Of a DNA stretch of 64,000 nt, positions 19,188 to 29,235 are shown piece by piece. The stretch comes from Candidatus Obscuribacteraceae bacterium. GTDB taxonomy: Bacteria > Cyanobacteriota > Vampirovibrionia > Obscuribacterales > Obscuribacteraceae. The stretch lies in contig JBGAHS010000001.1 of assembly GCA_044226015.1 (NCBI GenBank), positions 1,152,001-1,216,000 of the forward strand. Reading direction: 5' to 3'. How positions within the stretch are numbered: the stretch's first letter is position 1; the number at the start of each line of letters is the position of its first letter. The notes below the pieces were generated by a model. It did no database searches. It was not told the DNA's origin and saw only the letters and a program-made list of their open reading frames with translations. Made by a program: the position numbers and the translations under genes.

Positions 19188-19574
19188 TTACTTTTCCTCA
19201 AGCAAAACCCGAGCTTTCTTCGGGATCTTTAGGGCTGTAATCAAGCCTGCGGCGAAAGGCGCACTGGCGATGGACACGATGATGAAGGGAATCTTTGGCA
19301 TCTCATGCCCGTTTAGTGCGTGAATGACCCACACCGAAACGACTGCAAGTGCGAAAACGCTAGAGACAACTAAGCCACTGATCGCGGTTGCGACTCCGAC
19401 GCGGATTTGTCCTTCTGTGAGTTCTCTAAGTTCTTCGTATCTACGGATCTCACATTCTTCGATTGAGCAGTGGTCATGGGATTGGATTGAACAAGCATCC
19501 AGCCCAAGACTAAGCTCAATAACAGGCTCAGCATCCACTGCAGGCAGATTGTCTCTAGCATCATTCACCTTCAT
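19188..19574 (-). CDS. Two-TM membrane protein, holin candidate
   Basis: Two hydrophobic helices, basic C-terminus, upstream of the endolysin. Confidence 0.5.
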   Translation of the reverse strand: MKVNDARDNLPAVDAEPVIELSLGLDACSIQSHDHCSIEECEIRRYEELRELTEGQIRVGVATAISGLVVSSVFALAVVSVWVIHALNGHEMPKIPFIIVSIASAPFAAGLITALKIPKKARVLLEEK

Positions 19575-19599
19575 TTCCTTTCGTTAGTACGGCTTCAGA

Positions 19600-19962
19600 T
19601 CAGTCAACGCCCAATGCACCAGCCAGGCTAGTCGCTTGATTCACTACTTCCATGATCTTCGGCTGAAGTGAAGCAAGCCTGGTGGCACCTGAAAGTATTT
19701 CTTTGACTTTTGGATTTTGCATTGTGACAGGCAAATGCTTCGACAGATAATCCTGGATCTCTTTGGCGATCTCTGGATTATCGTGTTTGATTTGCTCAAT
19801 CAATTGGGCGATGTGTTCAAGCTCGTGGACTTCTTTCTCAAGAGCATCAATCTTTTCTTTCAGCTCTATCACGTCCGGCTTGTTGTTGTGATTGAGGTCG
19901 ATTTTCATAACCTTCTTTTTAGCGCCATCGAGCGCCATCTTCATCGGGTCTACTCCAAGCAT
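19600..19962 (-). CDS. Phage hypothetical helical protein
   Basis: AAGGAAGG RBS; coiled-coil character; DLNHNNKPD motif. Confidence 0.6.
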   Translation of the reverse strand: MLGVDPMKMALDGAKKKVMKIDLNHNNKPDVIELKEKIDALEKEVHELEHIAQLIEQIKHDNPEIAKEIQDYLSKHLPVTMQNPKVKEILSGATRLASLQPKIMEVVNQATSLAGALGVD

Positions 19963-20001
19963 GTCTGCCTTCCTTTACTAGTGGGCATAGTGTTATCTAG
20001 G

Positions 20002-20820
20002 CTAGTATATGTTTGAATCAGAAATCGTGCGCGAAATTAATTTCCTTCCTCGTACATAGAGCCCGTACATAGAGCCCAATCCATACGAAGCGGCGCTCGT
20101 GGTGAGCGTTCGTACACCTTCTTGAAGTTGTAGCAAGATGCTGGCATTAGGCAGTGTTGTGCTGTTGGTGCCTTTCAAAGCCCCGTCTATGTAAAATTTG
20201 ACGTTTGCCGGGTTTGATAAATCCATTGCAAATTTATTTGTCGTTCCGCTAACCGGAGTTACGCCTGTATCGGTAACTGTATCTGAGCTTCCGTTACTTG
20301 TTATCACTTTCCATGTGGTATCGCCGGCCGCCGTAGAGAATCGAAAATAAGCTCCATGTGCAGCCGCTCCCGCACCCAAAAGGTCAGCTGTCACAGTGCT
20401 CGTATTCGAATATCCCAGAGCGATTCTTACGTTGGTCAATGTACCTGGAGTAAAAACCATATTGCAGGTCGGACCCAAGTTATAGCTAAAAATAGCCAGT
20501 CCGCCTTGTTGAAATGCTGTTGAGTTCGTGGTGGCAGCTGTTGAGCCGGAGTACTGATAGTAGCCATTGGTTACACCAGGCGTTGCCGACCCCCCAGCAG
20601 CAAAGGTACCTCCCAGACTGGTGCCATAACCGTAGGAGTAATAGCCACCATTCGTGTAAAAGTTAGAACATCTTCTTTTGTAAGGATCTGCTGAGAAGCC
20701 TAGGGGGAGTGCGGCACCACCACCACTGCTAGCAGGTGGAATGTACTGAGCTAGAGCAGGTATGCAATTTAGAAGCAGTGCGATAAAAAGGGTGAAGGAT
20801 TTGATTAGAATGCGATCCAT
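20002..20820 (-). CDS. Signal-peptide-bearing Thr/Gly/Ser-rich beta protein (lectin/ConA-like, tail-associated region)
   Basis: N-terminal signal ending ALA-Q; DTTWKVIT...DTGVT...VKFYIDG...TTLP beta-sandwich pattern. Confidence 0.6.
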   Translation of the reverse strand: MDRILIKSFTLFIALLLNCIPALAQYIPPASSGGGAALPLGFSADPYKRRCSNFYTNGGYYSYGYGTSLGGTFAAGGSATPGVTNGYYQYSGSTAATTNSTAFQQGGLAIFSYNLGPTCNMVFTPGTLTNVRIALGYSNTSTVTADLLGAGAAAHGAYFRFSTAAGDTTWKVITSNGSSDTVTDTGVTPVSGTTNKFAMDLSNPANVKFYIDGALKGTNSTTLPNASILLQLQEGVRTLTTSAASYGLGSMYGLYVRGRKLISRTISDSNIY

Positions 20821-21134
20821 GAGATTTTCCCCGTAGTTCCATTTCCGTAGTAGTTAACTTGACTGATTGCAGAAACCGGGCTGGCTACACCATAGGCGAA
20901 ACCAGCGCCTGAATCAATTAGAGCATCACTTGTGGTGGCAGTGCGCTCCAGGAAATTCACATTTACAGTGCTACTTCCGGTGCTGAGCCAAATCACCACG
21001 TGGCTGAATTGTCCGCCCAGGGCGATACTTTGTGCACCGGAAGCGATCGAAGCATTACCGCTTGCACCACCAGCAGCAAAGACAGGGATAACAGACATCA
21101 CAAATGCCATTAAAAGAAGTGCTAGCCGTTTCAT
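20805..21134 (-). CDS. Signal-peptide-bearing small beta-rich protein
   Basis: MKRLALLLMAFVMSVIPVFA-A. Confidence 0.6.
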   Translation of the reverse strand: MKRLALLLMAFVMSVIPVFAAGGASGNASIASGAQSIALGGQFSHVVIWLSTGSSTVNVNFLERTATTSDALIDSGAGFAYGVASPVSAISQVNYYGNGTTGKISWIAF

Positions 21135-21188
21135 GTTCTGTTACCCCTTGTAGTGTTACTGCTTGTAGTATCTGTTCGCAAAAACAGA

Positions 21189-22304
21189 TTAGGTGAGATC
21201 AATTACTCTTGCAACAATTTCCCACTCAACGGTTCCGTTGCCATTGATTGGATTTGATGTAGCGTTTTGCAGATTGACGTTCTGGTTTATCCAATTGGTT
21301 GGCGAAGCGCCATAGCCCGCACTGACTTGGAAATTCCAATACGAATCAGCGCTATTGTAGAGCCCGGTTGAATTGGTTACATTGCTCAAGGAGAATGCGG
21401 TGCCGATACGAATATTCATTGTGGTGCCACCTCCCGCATAAGAGATACCGCCATGCTTGTAGTGGAAGAAAGCTGATAGCATCTGCCAAGCTTTTCCGAC
21501 ACCCGGAGCCGGAAGAAGTTCCACCGGTAAAGAGAAAGAGTTCAAAATTTGACTGGAGCTAATCGTTCCTTTGTAGACTTGGTGCGTGTTTCCTACGAGA
21601 ACAAGCCAATAGGTCACATTGTTAAGTGGGATTTGATTTGTGTTGTTCGCTACGCAAATGTAAGTTGCACCATTGTAGATAACTGCGTCATCAACTACGT
21701 ATGCAGTGGCATTGCTCCATACTCCCTTGAAGTTAAAGCCTTTCGCTCCCGTGTCGCCCTTGTCACCTTTCAATCCTTGGATACCCTGCGCTCCCTGTCC
21801 GGCTAAAGTCTGCCAATTGCCTGATGGCGGTGGATCGTTCAAGCTTGAGCCAACGGCAATATAGGAGGCGTTGTTGTAAGCAACAGCTTCTCCCGGAAGA
21901 TAATTTACGAGCGCATTCCAGTTGCCACGCCAGACAAATGTTCTTTTGTCTATATCTCTACGCACGTCTTGAATCATCAAGACAGTTTTATCGAAGGCGG
22001 TCTCAAGCGAAACGCTATTTATTTGCGCCTCAGTTCCAATAGCGAGATCTTGTGTTTCCTCTGTATTTCTACGCATTAGTACCGATTTCCCGTTTGCTGG
22101 TGGTGTTGAAAAAAGAACCACACCGCCAGGGCTGGTTTTTTGATTATCGTTCGGAAGAACTGAAATCCCTGAGGTTTGCAACACGTTATCGACGTAAACA
22201 TCTACGTCAGGGTTGTCTCTCAGGACAGCGAAAGTGAAATCAAAATTTGTCTTCACGCCGTTTGCAGGGAGTGTGTTTTCAGAGTGTGTTGTTTGTACTG
22301 TCAT
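21189..22304 (-). CDS. Tail fibre protein 2 (T7 gp17-like N-terminal adaptor, collagen-like stretch, CBM-like aromatic repeats)
   Basis: F.FTF.V...V.VY...RRNT...LETAFDKTVLMIQD; two (W/F)xGxW..YxxxxAVxYNxAxY units; GxQG repeats. Confidence 0.8.
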   Translation of the reverse strand: MTVQTTHSENTLPANGVKTNFDFTFAVLRDNPDVDVYVDNVLQTSGISVLPNDNQKTSPGGVVLFSTPPANGKSVLMRRNTEETQDLAIGTEAQINSVSLETAFDKTVLMIQDVRRDIDKRTFVWRGNWNALVNYLPGEAVAYNNASYIAVGSSLNDPPPSGNWQTLAGQGAQGIQGLKGDKGDTGAKGFNFKGVWSNATAYVVDDAVIYNGATYICVANNTNQIPLNNVTYWLVLVGNTHQVYKGTISSSQILNSFSLPVELLPAPGVGKAWQMLSAFFHYKHGGISYAGGGTTMNIRIGTAFSLSNVTNSTGLYNSADSYWNFQVSAGYGASPTNWINQNVNLQNATSNPINGNGTVEWEIVARVIDLT

Positions 22305-22305
22305 C

Positions 22306-23325
22306 TTAATCCACCTTTATTATCAAAAGCAGGGCTGTTTCTATCGGTCGGCTAGACTCTACGTTTGCTTGAGTGTTGCCGGAGATACTTGCTGTGTGCG
22401 CGTGGCTTGCGGGATTGAAGTTCATAGTCCCATTAAGTGGTGCTTGGCTGACACCAGAGCCAGCTGCTACGCCTGATGCTGTGATGGTGCCACCTGCGCT
22501 GGCATTCGCAACGGTGACGGTTCCGCCGTTGCCGTGCTGGTGCGTTTTTGTTCCGCTTACTGTGCCAGGTCGTACGGTTGAGCCCGTATAGCCAGACGAG
22601 CCAGTGTCGTCGACAGCTGCCCCCAAAACATACTTGCCTCTGGTGTCAGGAGTAGTTCTTGAGACACCGTTGATAGTGACATTTTGACCATTGCAGAGCG
22701 CCCATCCTGCCGGGATCGCAACTGTTGCCGGATCGAAAGGCCAGAACATTACAACACCCGAAGGGATGCTGGCGGCCCCAGCTGAAGCTGTCCAGACTCC
22801 GGAAACAACTTTTAGAATATCCCCATCGTTAACCGGTGCGATACCAGCTTTTAAGAGATTGCCAAGAGTACCATTCCATAAAGGGATCGCGTTGTTTACC
22901 GTGGTGCCAGGTCCACCTATGGTGCCGCTTGGTCCTTGTGGTCCTTGTGGTCCTTGGGGTCCTTGTTGTCCTTGTGTGTTAGCAGCGGCTTCTTGTAACA
23001 GCATTGTGAGCTTATCGAATACCAGCTCAAGCGAATCTGTGTTGAGCAAAGATTCACGAGTAAATGCAACGTCCTGGACCTGCGGAGTATTGCGCTTAAT
23101 CAAGATTGCTACCCCATTTGCAGGTGCAGCTGTGAAAGTGATATTTCCGCCTGGCGATTGTTCTTGATCAGAATTTACTGAAATGGTGAATCCTGTAGTT
23201 TGTAAAACACTCGCCAAATAGACTTGCACGCTTGCGGCATTGAGAACTTGGAAAGTGAAGTTAAAGGGCTTTGTACTGCCATCGCCAGTAAAGCTATTGC
23301 TTATGTGTGTTGTTTGTACTGTCAT
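22306..23325 (-). CDS. Tail fibre protein 1 (T7 gp17-like adaptor, collagen GPQ repeats, tail-collar-like domain)
   Basis: GDGSTKPFNFTF...FDKLTMLLQE; GPQGPQGPQG; IPSGVVMFW...IPAGWALCNG...TPDTRGKYV. Confidence 0.82.
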   Translation of the reverse strand: MTVQTTHISNSFTGDGSTKPFNFTFQVLNAASVQVYLASVLQTTGFTISVNSDQEQSPGGNITFTAAPANGVAILIKRNTPQVQDVAFTRESLLNTDSLELVFDKLTMLLQEAAANTQGQQGPQGPQGPQGPSGTIGGPGTTVNNAIPLWNGTLGNLLKAGIAPVNDGDILKVVSGVWTASAGAASIPSGVVMFWPFDPATVAIPAGWALCNGQNVTINGVSRTTPDTRGKYVLGAAVDDTGSSGYTGSTVRPGTVSGTKTHQHGNGGTVTVANASAGGTITASGVAAGSGVSQAPLNGTMNFNPASHAHTASISGNTQANVESSRPIETALLLIIKVD

Positions 23326-26300
23326 TGCCCTTCACCTGCTTTCTGCGTAGCCTTCACTCCTAGCTCTGAGTATTTGAATAGTCCCCAGAAAGGAAGCCCT
23401 GTTGCCACGCTTGCGACACCCGCGATGCTCTTGAACGCCTTAACCCAATCCTCACCCTCAATTTCTTCCCCGGTTGCCATCTTATTGGTGATAGTCCAAA
23501 GTCGCTTTATTAACTTAGCAGAATCACCAGCTAGTCCGCCCAAAATTGTTCTGGGCTCTTGCTGACCTTTGAAGCCTGATAATGCACCATAAATGACGTC
23601 AAAACCAATTAGCGGAAGCTGGCTGTAGCTGCCACCAATTGCAGTGCTAAGGATCCTGAGTCTTGCCTCTTCTTGCTCTTTCTCGTCTCCAAATAGAAAA
23701 GACGGAGCGGTGTTGATTGTTTGAAAAAGTGTCTGCGCTACATGGATGCTTAGAATGACCCTAGCCATTCTAGCCAAGCTTTTTTCATCTTTGTGAATAA
23801 ACCAATCTCGGATCGCTCCGGATTCTCTGTTGAGGGCCTGGATCCCTTCTTTCGCAAATGCTAGAGATATGTTTGCTACGCCACCTTTGAATTCCGCAGG
23901 AACCTTTTGTGATGCACGGGAAGACGATTGTGTTCGATCCACTAGCCTATCACCAGCAAGAGCTGCTTCTTCAATTGAAGCACCCCCTTTACGCATTCGA
24001 TTGAATTCGATAAATCCACTCAACGCTGCCGCTACTCCGTCTCCCCACTTATGCATTGGCGTGAGGAAAAATGTTTTGATCGCCGGGGCTCTGTCTTTCA
24101 TCACGCGCGGACCCACTGCGTCTATAAAAGTTCTCTCTTTTGTGGCTTCCATAAGTTCATTCAAGATATGGTCTTGTCGGTCAGCATAGAGTTCGGAAGC
24201 AGAGAGATATTCCTGCAGATTTTTCTTGTTAGTGGCTTTCCGCAAACCGTCAAGAAATTCCCCATAGTTGTTAGTACTCAAAGTAGCAAGTACTGATGTC
24301 CACTGTTTTGGAGCTTGATCGAGGCGTGCTCCAAGCAGACCAGTGGCCATGTTGCCTTTCAACTTTTGAAATGATCGATCGGCTAAATCCATAATTCCAG
24401 TCTTTAGATGAAATTGAAATGCGATTCGACCATCAATAAGACCTGTATATTCTTTTCCTAGCTTGTGTTCAATAACATCTCTCAGTCCATCTTTGGTTGA
24501 GTCTGAAAAAATGTAAGATAGCAGCCTGGCTTTTTCAGAGTTCGCAATCCAAAACGCCATCTCGGCTCTGTGGCTTTGCACTTGATGAAATGGATCGACA
24601 AGCTTTATTGGCAAACTGCTATTTTTTCTGCCTTTTACAGAACCCGGATCTAGACTTTGTTTCGCAAAGTCGTGGACACCTTGCAAAAGATCTGCTGCTG
24701 TCTTAATTCTTTCTAGTTGCCTGTGCACAATTTGCCCGCTGTAATTTGGATCCATCGGAAGTTCTACGCCGTATTCTTTCAGATAGTGGTTTGCTATTTG
24801 CGGTGCGAACCATCTGTAAAAGTCTCGTACTGCTTCAGCGAGTTTTATATATTTACCGCCTTCGTGATCAGTCAGTAGTTGTTGAACTGCTTCCTGGGTA
24901 GAAGTGCCACCACTTTCTACCATGCCTTTTAGAGTATATTTGTTACCATTCACCAAACCTGGAACCGCACCCTGATCTTCAAATGCTAAATGCAGATATG
25001 CTAGTTCATTTGGCGTGAGCAGTTCTACTCCGGTAGCGCCAGTAGCATCTGTGTATTTAAGTTCCAGACGCTCTTTCTTATTTGCACCATTTCTAACAAG
25101 TCTGTTAACTTCGCGCATTGAGCCGACAGCTTTTGTATATAGCTCCGTGAGTTTTTCCGCAGCTTTAAGATTGATAGCCGATTCTTTATTCTCCGTTTCC
25201 GTGAAATCCAGCGTGCCATCAATCAGCTTACCTCGCTCTTCAAAGGGGGTATCTTGCAACAATTTATCCCACAAAGATGTGGATGTTCGTCTTAGTGAAT
25301 TTAGCAACTTACCAACATCGGTAAGCTGTTTTGGTCCAGCTTCATCCAGAGAGGGCGTGATAGGTTTATTGCCCTGAACACCTTGCAAAATTTCGGCGCG
25401 GGCATTCTCTAGTTTTTGTTGTTCGGCTTGCTTGCGTTCGAAGTATTCTGATTTGCCTGTCTTCACCATGGTTTCGATTTGATCAGCCAGAGATTGGATC
25501 TTTTCGGCATCCAAAGCGTTAGACCAATACTGCATTGCTTGCATTGCAATTCGTCTTTTCTCGGCTTGTTCTGCGGGCTGGTTGAAGATCTCTGATAGTT
25601 CGTTGTTCTCCAACTTCTCCAGCTGTCTTTCCATGTTGATGCGTTCTGTTTCAATTCCTCTATCAACATACTCAGAGGCTTTACGTAACGCCGCTTCCTG
25701 AGCAAGTTTTGCTGTCTCTCCCGCCGCCCTCCTGCTTTCGGATTTTGGGATCTCCGGAGCCGTAAAAAACTCCTTGTACCATTTCAGGGATGCTTGCACC
25801 GTCGGAGGCATTTCAGCTTTCTTTCCGTGCAGTTGCCCAGACTCGATGACTTTTGCCAGTCTTTTTTTTGCGGCTGCTAAGTCGTTCGCATGTTCCCGAC
25901 CGCGCTGATCTTCAATGAAGCTCTCGCCTTCTCTCAGCAGATCTTTGACACTGTTGATTTCTACAATTCGTCCCAATAAGCGTGATTTCATTGGCGCATC
26001 CAGCTTATCTGAATTGGTCACCATTCTCTTAAGTAGCCTTTGAACACGTTTAGATTCTTGAATCTTGGTTTCTGCGGTCTCTGAATAAAAACGAGAATTG
26101 ACAGCAGCGAATATTCGATGGATCTCTCTTTCAGCTGCTTCTCGCTTCGCAAGGCGCATTGCTGCATTTCGTTTTTTCTCAATTGCAGTTTTTGATTCTC
26201 CATTTGCTTCTGGAGCTTGAGCGCTGTCTTCTTTGGGAATCTGCGCTTCCTCTAATTTCTGAATCTTTTCTTGTTGCTTTTGAAGGTGAGCATCAACCCC

Positions 26301-27317
26301 TTTCTTTAGCAGTGTCTTGAAAGCAAGACCTGAAGCTTTGCCAACAACCTTGCCGCCAACAAACAATCCAATGCTACCCTTCAATGTTTCGTTGAAAGTA
26401 TTGGTAAACTCCTTTACAGCTTCCTCCATTGTCGGAACTGCGCCTGGTGTCTTTGATACGGTACCGGCAATGGCTTGAGTCAAAAGTTTGGTAGCTGTTT
26501 GCGCCTCCGCCATAATTTCCTGCCCCAGTCCGAATTTTGCCCCTTCACCAATGAAATGGGCTATCGCCTGGGCGTGTTGTGCCAATACATTCCGAGCTGC
26601 ATTTGTCGCCAGCTTTCCAACGCTTCCGAACTTTAACCCTTGCAGAGAACCTTGGACAAAACCACTCAAAGGCGCTGCTACGGCTGCGACTTCATGAGAT
26701 AACCCTCTGCGCCTCATCTCCAGGTATTCTTGCCCAGTTATGAAATCCATTGCCCATCCAGCGGCGGCTGTAGTACCAGTGGCTAGTCCAACTGGTACTG
26801 CTAACGGTGCCCCCAATCCAGTCGCAGCGGCTGCACCACCACCGACGACTGCGCCACCTATCAACGGCTTTAGCGATTCCTCAATCATAGGTAATTGTTT
26901 AGCAGTTGACAGTGTTATTCCTGTCAACCATGGAATTGCAGACTCTTTCTCATAAGCGTCAAGATCGCCCGTCAGCTGAGCGAATTTAGTGTCTTCGTTG
27001 ATTTGCTTCTCTGCATCTTCAAAAGACATTCTGCCGTCCATCACAGCGTGCCCTAGCGCGGATTCCTTGAATCCTAGTTGGCCAACTTCTCTAGCTTCTT
27101 GTATCTTCTGCGCGAAAGTTATAACGCCAGAAAATGGATTATCCGGAGTTCCTGCACCCTGGACCGGTTCGGGTTTGGCTGGATCAGCTGTTTCTAATTC
27201 CATAGCAGCGTCTTGAAACGGGTTACCAGTGCCAGCCGTGGCTTGTTGCACTGGTGCTGAAGGTTGCGAAGGTTGATTGTCTAATTCGTCTGCTGCGTCT
27301 TGAAAGGGATTCGACAT
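23322..27317 (-). CDS. Large internal virion (ejection) protein
   Basis: 1331 aa, helical and Ala-rich; position after tail tube genes and before fibres, as in T7-type podoviruses. Confidence 0.65.
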   Translation of the reverse strand: MSNPFQDAADELDNQPSQPSAPVQQATAGTGNPFQDAAMELETADPAKPEPVQGAGTPDNPFSGVITFAQKIQEAREVGQLGFKESALGHAVMDGRMSFEDAEKQINEDTKFAQLTGDLDAYEKESAIPWLTGITLSTAKQLPMIEESLKPLIGGAVVGGGAAAATGLGAPLAVPVGLATGTTAAAGWAMDFITGQEYLEMRRRGLSHEVAAVAAPLSGFVQGSLQGLKFGSVGKLATNAARNVLAQHAQAIAHFIGEGAKFGLGQEIMAEAQTATKLLTQAIAGTVSKTPGAVPTMEEAVKEFTNTFNETLKGSIGLFVGGKVVGKASGLAFKTLLKKGVDAHLQKQQEKIQKLEEAQIPKEDSAQAPEANGESKTAIEKKRNAAMRLAKREAAEREIHRIFAAVNSRFYSETAETKIQESKRVQRLLKRMVTNSDKLDAPMKSRLLGRIVEINSVKDLLREGESFIEDQRGREHANDLAAAKKRLAKVIESGQLHGKKAEMPPTVQASLKWYKEFFTAPEIPKSESRRAAGETAKLAQEAALRKASEYVDRGIETERINMERQLEKLENNELSEIFNQPAEQAEKRRIAMQAMQYWSNALDAEKIQSLADQIETMVKTGKSEYFERKQAEQQKLENARAEILQGVQGNKPITPSLDEAGPKQLTDVGKLLNSLRRTSTSLWDKLLQDTPFEERGKLIDGTLDFTETENKESAINLKAAEKLTELYTKAVGSMREVNRLVRNGANKKERLELKYTDATGATGVELLTPNELAYLHLAFEDQGAVPGLVNGNKYTLKGMVESGGTSTQEAVQQLLTDHEGGKYIKLAEAVRDFYRWFAPQIANHYLKEYGVELPMDPNYSGQIVHRQLERIKTAADLLQGVHDFAKQSLDPGSVKGRKNSSLPIKLVDPFHQVQSHRAEMAFWIANSEKARLLSYIFSDSTKDGLRDVIEHKLGKEYTGLIDGRIAFQFHLKTGIMDLADRSFQKLKGNMATGLLGARLDQAPKQWTSVLATLSTNNYGEFLDGLRKATNKKNLQEYLSASELYADRQDHILNELMEATKERTFIDAVGPRVMKDRAPAIKTFFLTPMHKWGDGVAAALSGFIEFNRMRKGGASIEEAALAGDRLVDRTQSSSRASQKVPAEFKGGVANISLAFAKEGIQALNRESGAIRDWFIHKDEKSLARMARVILSIHVAQTLFQTINTAPSFLFGDEKEQEEARLRILSTAIGGSYSQLPLIGFDVIYGALSGFKGQQEPRTILGGLAGDSAKLIKRLWTITNKMATGEEIEGEDWVKAFKSIAGVASVATGLPFWGLFKYSELGVKATQKAGEGQ

Positions 27318-29233
27318 TATTTCAGCTCTCCCTTTCTGTAGCTTTCAACCATTTGCCTAACAGCGCTAGCCCTGCGCTTTGCCTGATCCGCAGGTGATAG
27401 CGCTTTGTACCCCTTGCTCTCAAGCAGGATCGGGAGATTAGCGGTTAGATATTGAGTCAAAGTCGTTCTCTCCAGCTTGCTCGTGGTGATAGACGAAAGA
27501 TGCTCAATTGAGGATTGCACGGCAGAGAATTTCTCTTGCTGTAATTTTCTGACTCCAGCCAGCTGAGCCTCTGCTGTATCCTGTGCCTTCTTCAAGGCAT
27601 CGCCTTTTAGAGTGACAGTGCCGCCTCCTAATCCAAACCAGCCAGGAGGATTTGTCTTATGCGCTGCACCATCTTTGGTGGCTTTGGTAAGCTCATCGTT
27701 GTATTTTCGGTAGCTATCTACTCCGATAATTCCAGCACTCATCGCGGAGTCTAATCTAGGAATTGCCTCATTGACGATTTTGCTTATCTTTTGCTGCTGG
27801 GCTGTACCCGCCGGTTCTGACCAGGCAGATTGCAAGCTCTTTAGAGTGTCAGCCCACAAAGCATTGAAGCTCTCGGCTTTCGCTGCCCGTGCCTCGTCAA
27901 CAGCTTTTTGCTCTTGTGCGTGCTGTCGATCTTCTTGCCGTTGCAAAAACATCATTTGACCTTGCTGGAATTTCAGCTGTCCTTGAGCCCATGTAGTTAC
28001 CGAGCGCTGGATTTGTTCGAAGCTTCTGACCAACTTTAGATCAAGACCCATTTCATTGATGAATGCATTTTGCTCTGATTTGAGTCCCGCAAGCTTTGCA
28101 TTACGCACTTTTGAATCGGGTTCTTTTGAAACGAGTGCAATTTGTTGGTCGAGCGTTTTGAATCGATCTTGTACTTGCAATGAAAGCTGATGTAACTTAG
28201 AAGGATTGTCGGCTGCGCTTATCAGATCAGCTTTTATTCGATTCGCATCCAGTATGCGAATATCCGAATCACCTTTTATCGTCGTTATAACATCCTGCTC
28301 ATGAGCGTTTCTTTGTGAATGCAATTGTTCAAGAAGTGTCTTTTGGTCTGCCGAGGACATCGCAATGCCCAAAGCTAGTGGCTTCTCGAAAACGGTTTTT
28401 AAGCTGTCGATGTATTTGAGCCCTTCTTCTCCGTCAGGCGTTTGCGCCACCAGGTGGTCAGCAAACTGTTTTGCCGCATCATGGTTTAGTTGCAATTGCT
28501 TCGTGTAGATCTCATCATGATCTGCTTGAGACACTGTAGAGAGGCGCATGGAATCGTAAACGCCATTCGTGTCCTTTAGCGCTTTCTGATAGCCCTGCAA
28601 TTGTTCAAGCATATTTCCGGACAAAGAATCTATTCTGTTAGAGAGTTGCTCTGGCATCAATGAAAGTCTTTTGCCAAGATTTTGATTTTTTGTTGTTCTG
28701 GCCCATGACTGCAAATCTGACAAAGATGAGCTTTCAGCCGCTCTCTGTGAAGGCATGAGCATTCGCAATTTTTGCTGATCGTCTTTGTGGCGATCTTGAA
28801 ATTCTTGTCTCATTACTGGGACTTGTGCCTGGAAATCAGCAACCGCCTGTTGTGGATTGTCCCCGTACTTTGCTTTTAATCCACCAACGAAATTGGACAT
28901 CCGATCATCTTCATCGATTCGATCAAACTGAGCTTGCAAGCGTCTTTGCTCATCTTCCTGCGCCTTATCTAGGGCGGCTTGTCGGCGCTGTGCTATAGCC
29001 GCTTGCTCGGAAATGTAATTGAATGCATTTGTAGCCTGATTGAAATTTTGTTCCGCTTGCTGCAAGTTCTGAACATTCAGCGCGCGCTCAGATGCCTGCG
29101 CTTGTAACTTCTGCGCCTGCATTTGTTGCGCCGATGTTGCGATCTGTTTTTCAACTACTCCGGCACTCTGATCGACTCCAGGCGTACCAGTCACCGGAGA
29201 GGCAAGCTGTCCCTGCTGATATCTTTGAACCAT
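27317..29233 (-). CDS. Internal virion protein (Gln-rich coiled coil)
   Basis: Position and composition. Confidence 0.6.
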   Translation of the reverse strand: MVQRYQQGQLASPVTGTPGVDQSAGVVEKQIATSAQQMQAQKLQAQASERALNVQNLQQAEQNFNQATNAFNYISEQAAIAQRRQAALDKAQEDEQRRLQAQFDRIDEDDRMSNFVGGLKAKYGDNPQQAVADFQAQVPVMRQEFQDRHKDDQQKLRMLMPSQRAAESSSLSDLQSWARTTKNQNLGKRLSLMPEQLSNRIDSLSGNMLEQLQGYQKALKDTNGVYDSMRLSTVSQADHDEIYTKQLQLNHDAAKQFADHLVAQTPDGEEGLKYIDSLKTVFEKPLALGIAMSSADQKTLLEQLHSQRNAHEQDVITTIKGDSDIRILDANRIKADLISAADNPSKLHQLSLQVQDRFKTLDQQIALVSKEPDSKVRNAKLAGLKSEQNAFINEMGLDLKLVRSFEQIQRSVTTWAQGQLKFQQGQMMFLQRQEDRQHAQEQKAVDEARAAKAESFNALWADTLKSLQSAWSEPAGTAQQQKISKIVNEAIPRLDSAMSAGIIGVDSYRKYNDELTKATKDGAAHKTNPPGWFGLGGGTVTLKGDALKKAQDTAEAQLAGVRKLQQEKFSAVQSSIEHLSSITTSKLERTTLTQYLTANLPILLESKGYKALSPADQAKRRASAVRQMVESYRKGELK

Positions 29234-29235
29234 GA

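Noticed and set aside
20002..23325. BPP-1-like diversity-generating retroelement acting on tail fibres
   Set aside because: No reverse transcriptase motif and no TR/VR pair differing at adenines was found by eye.
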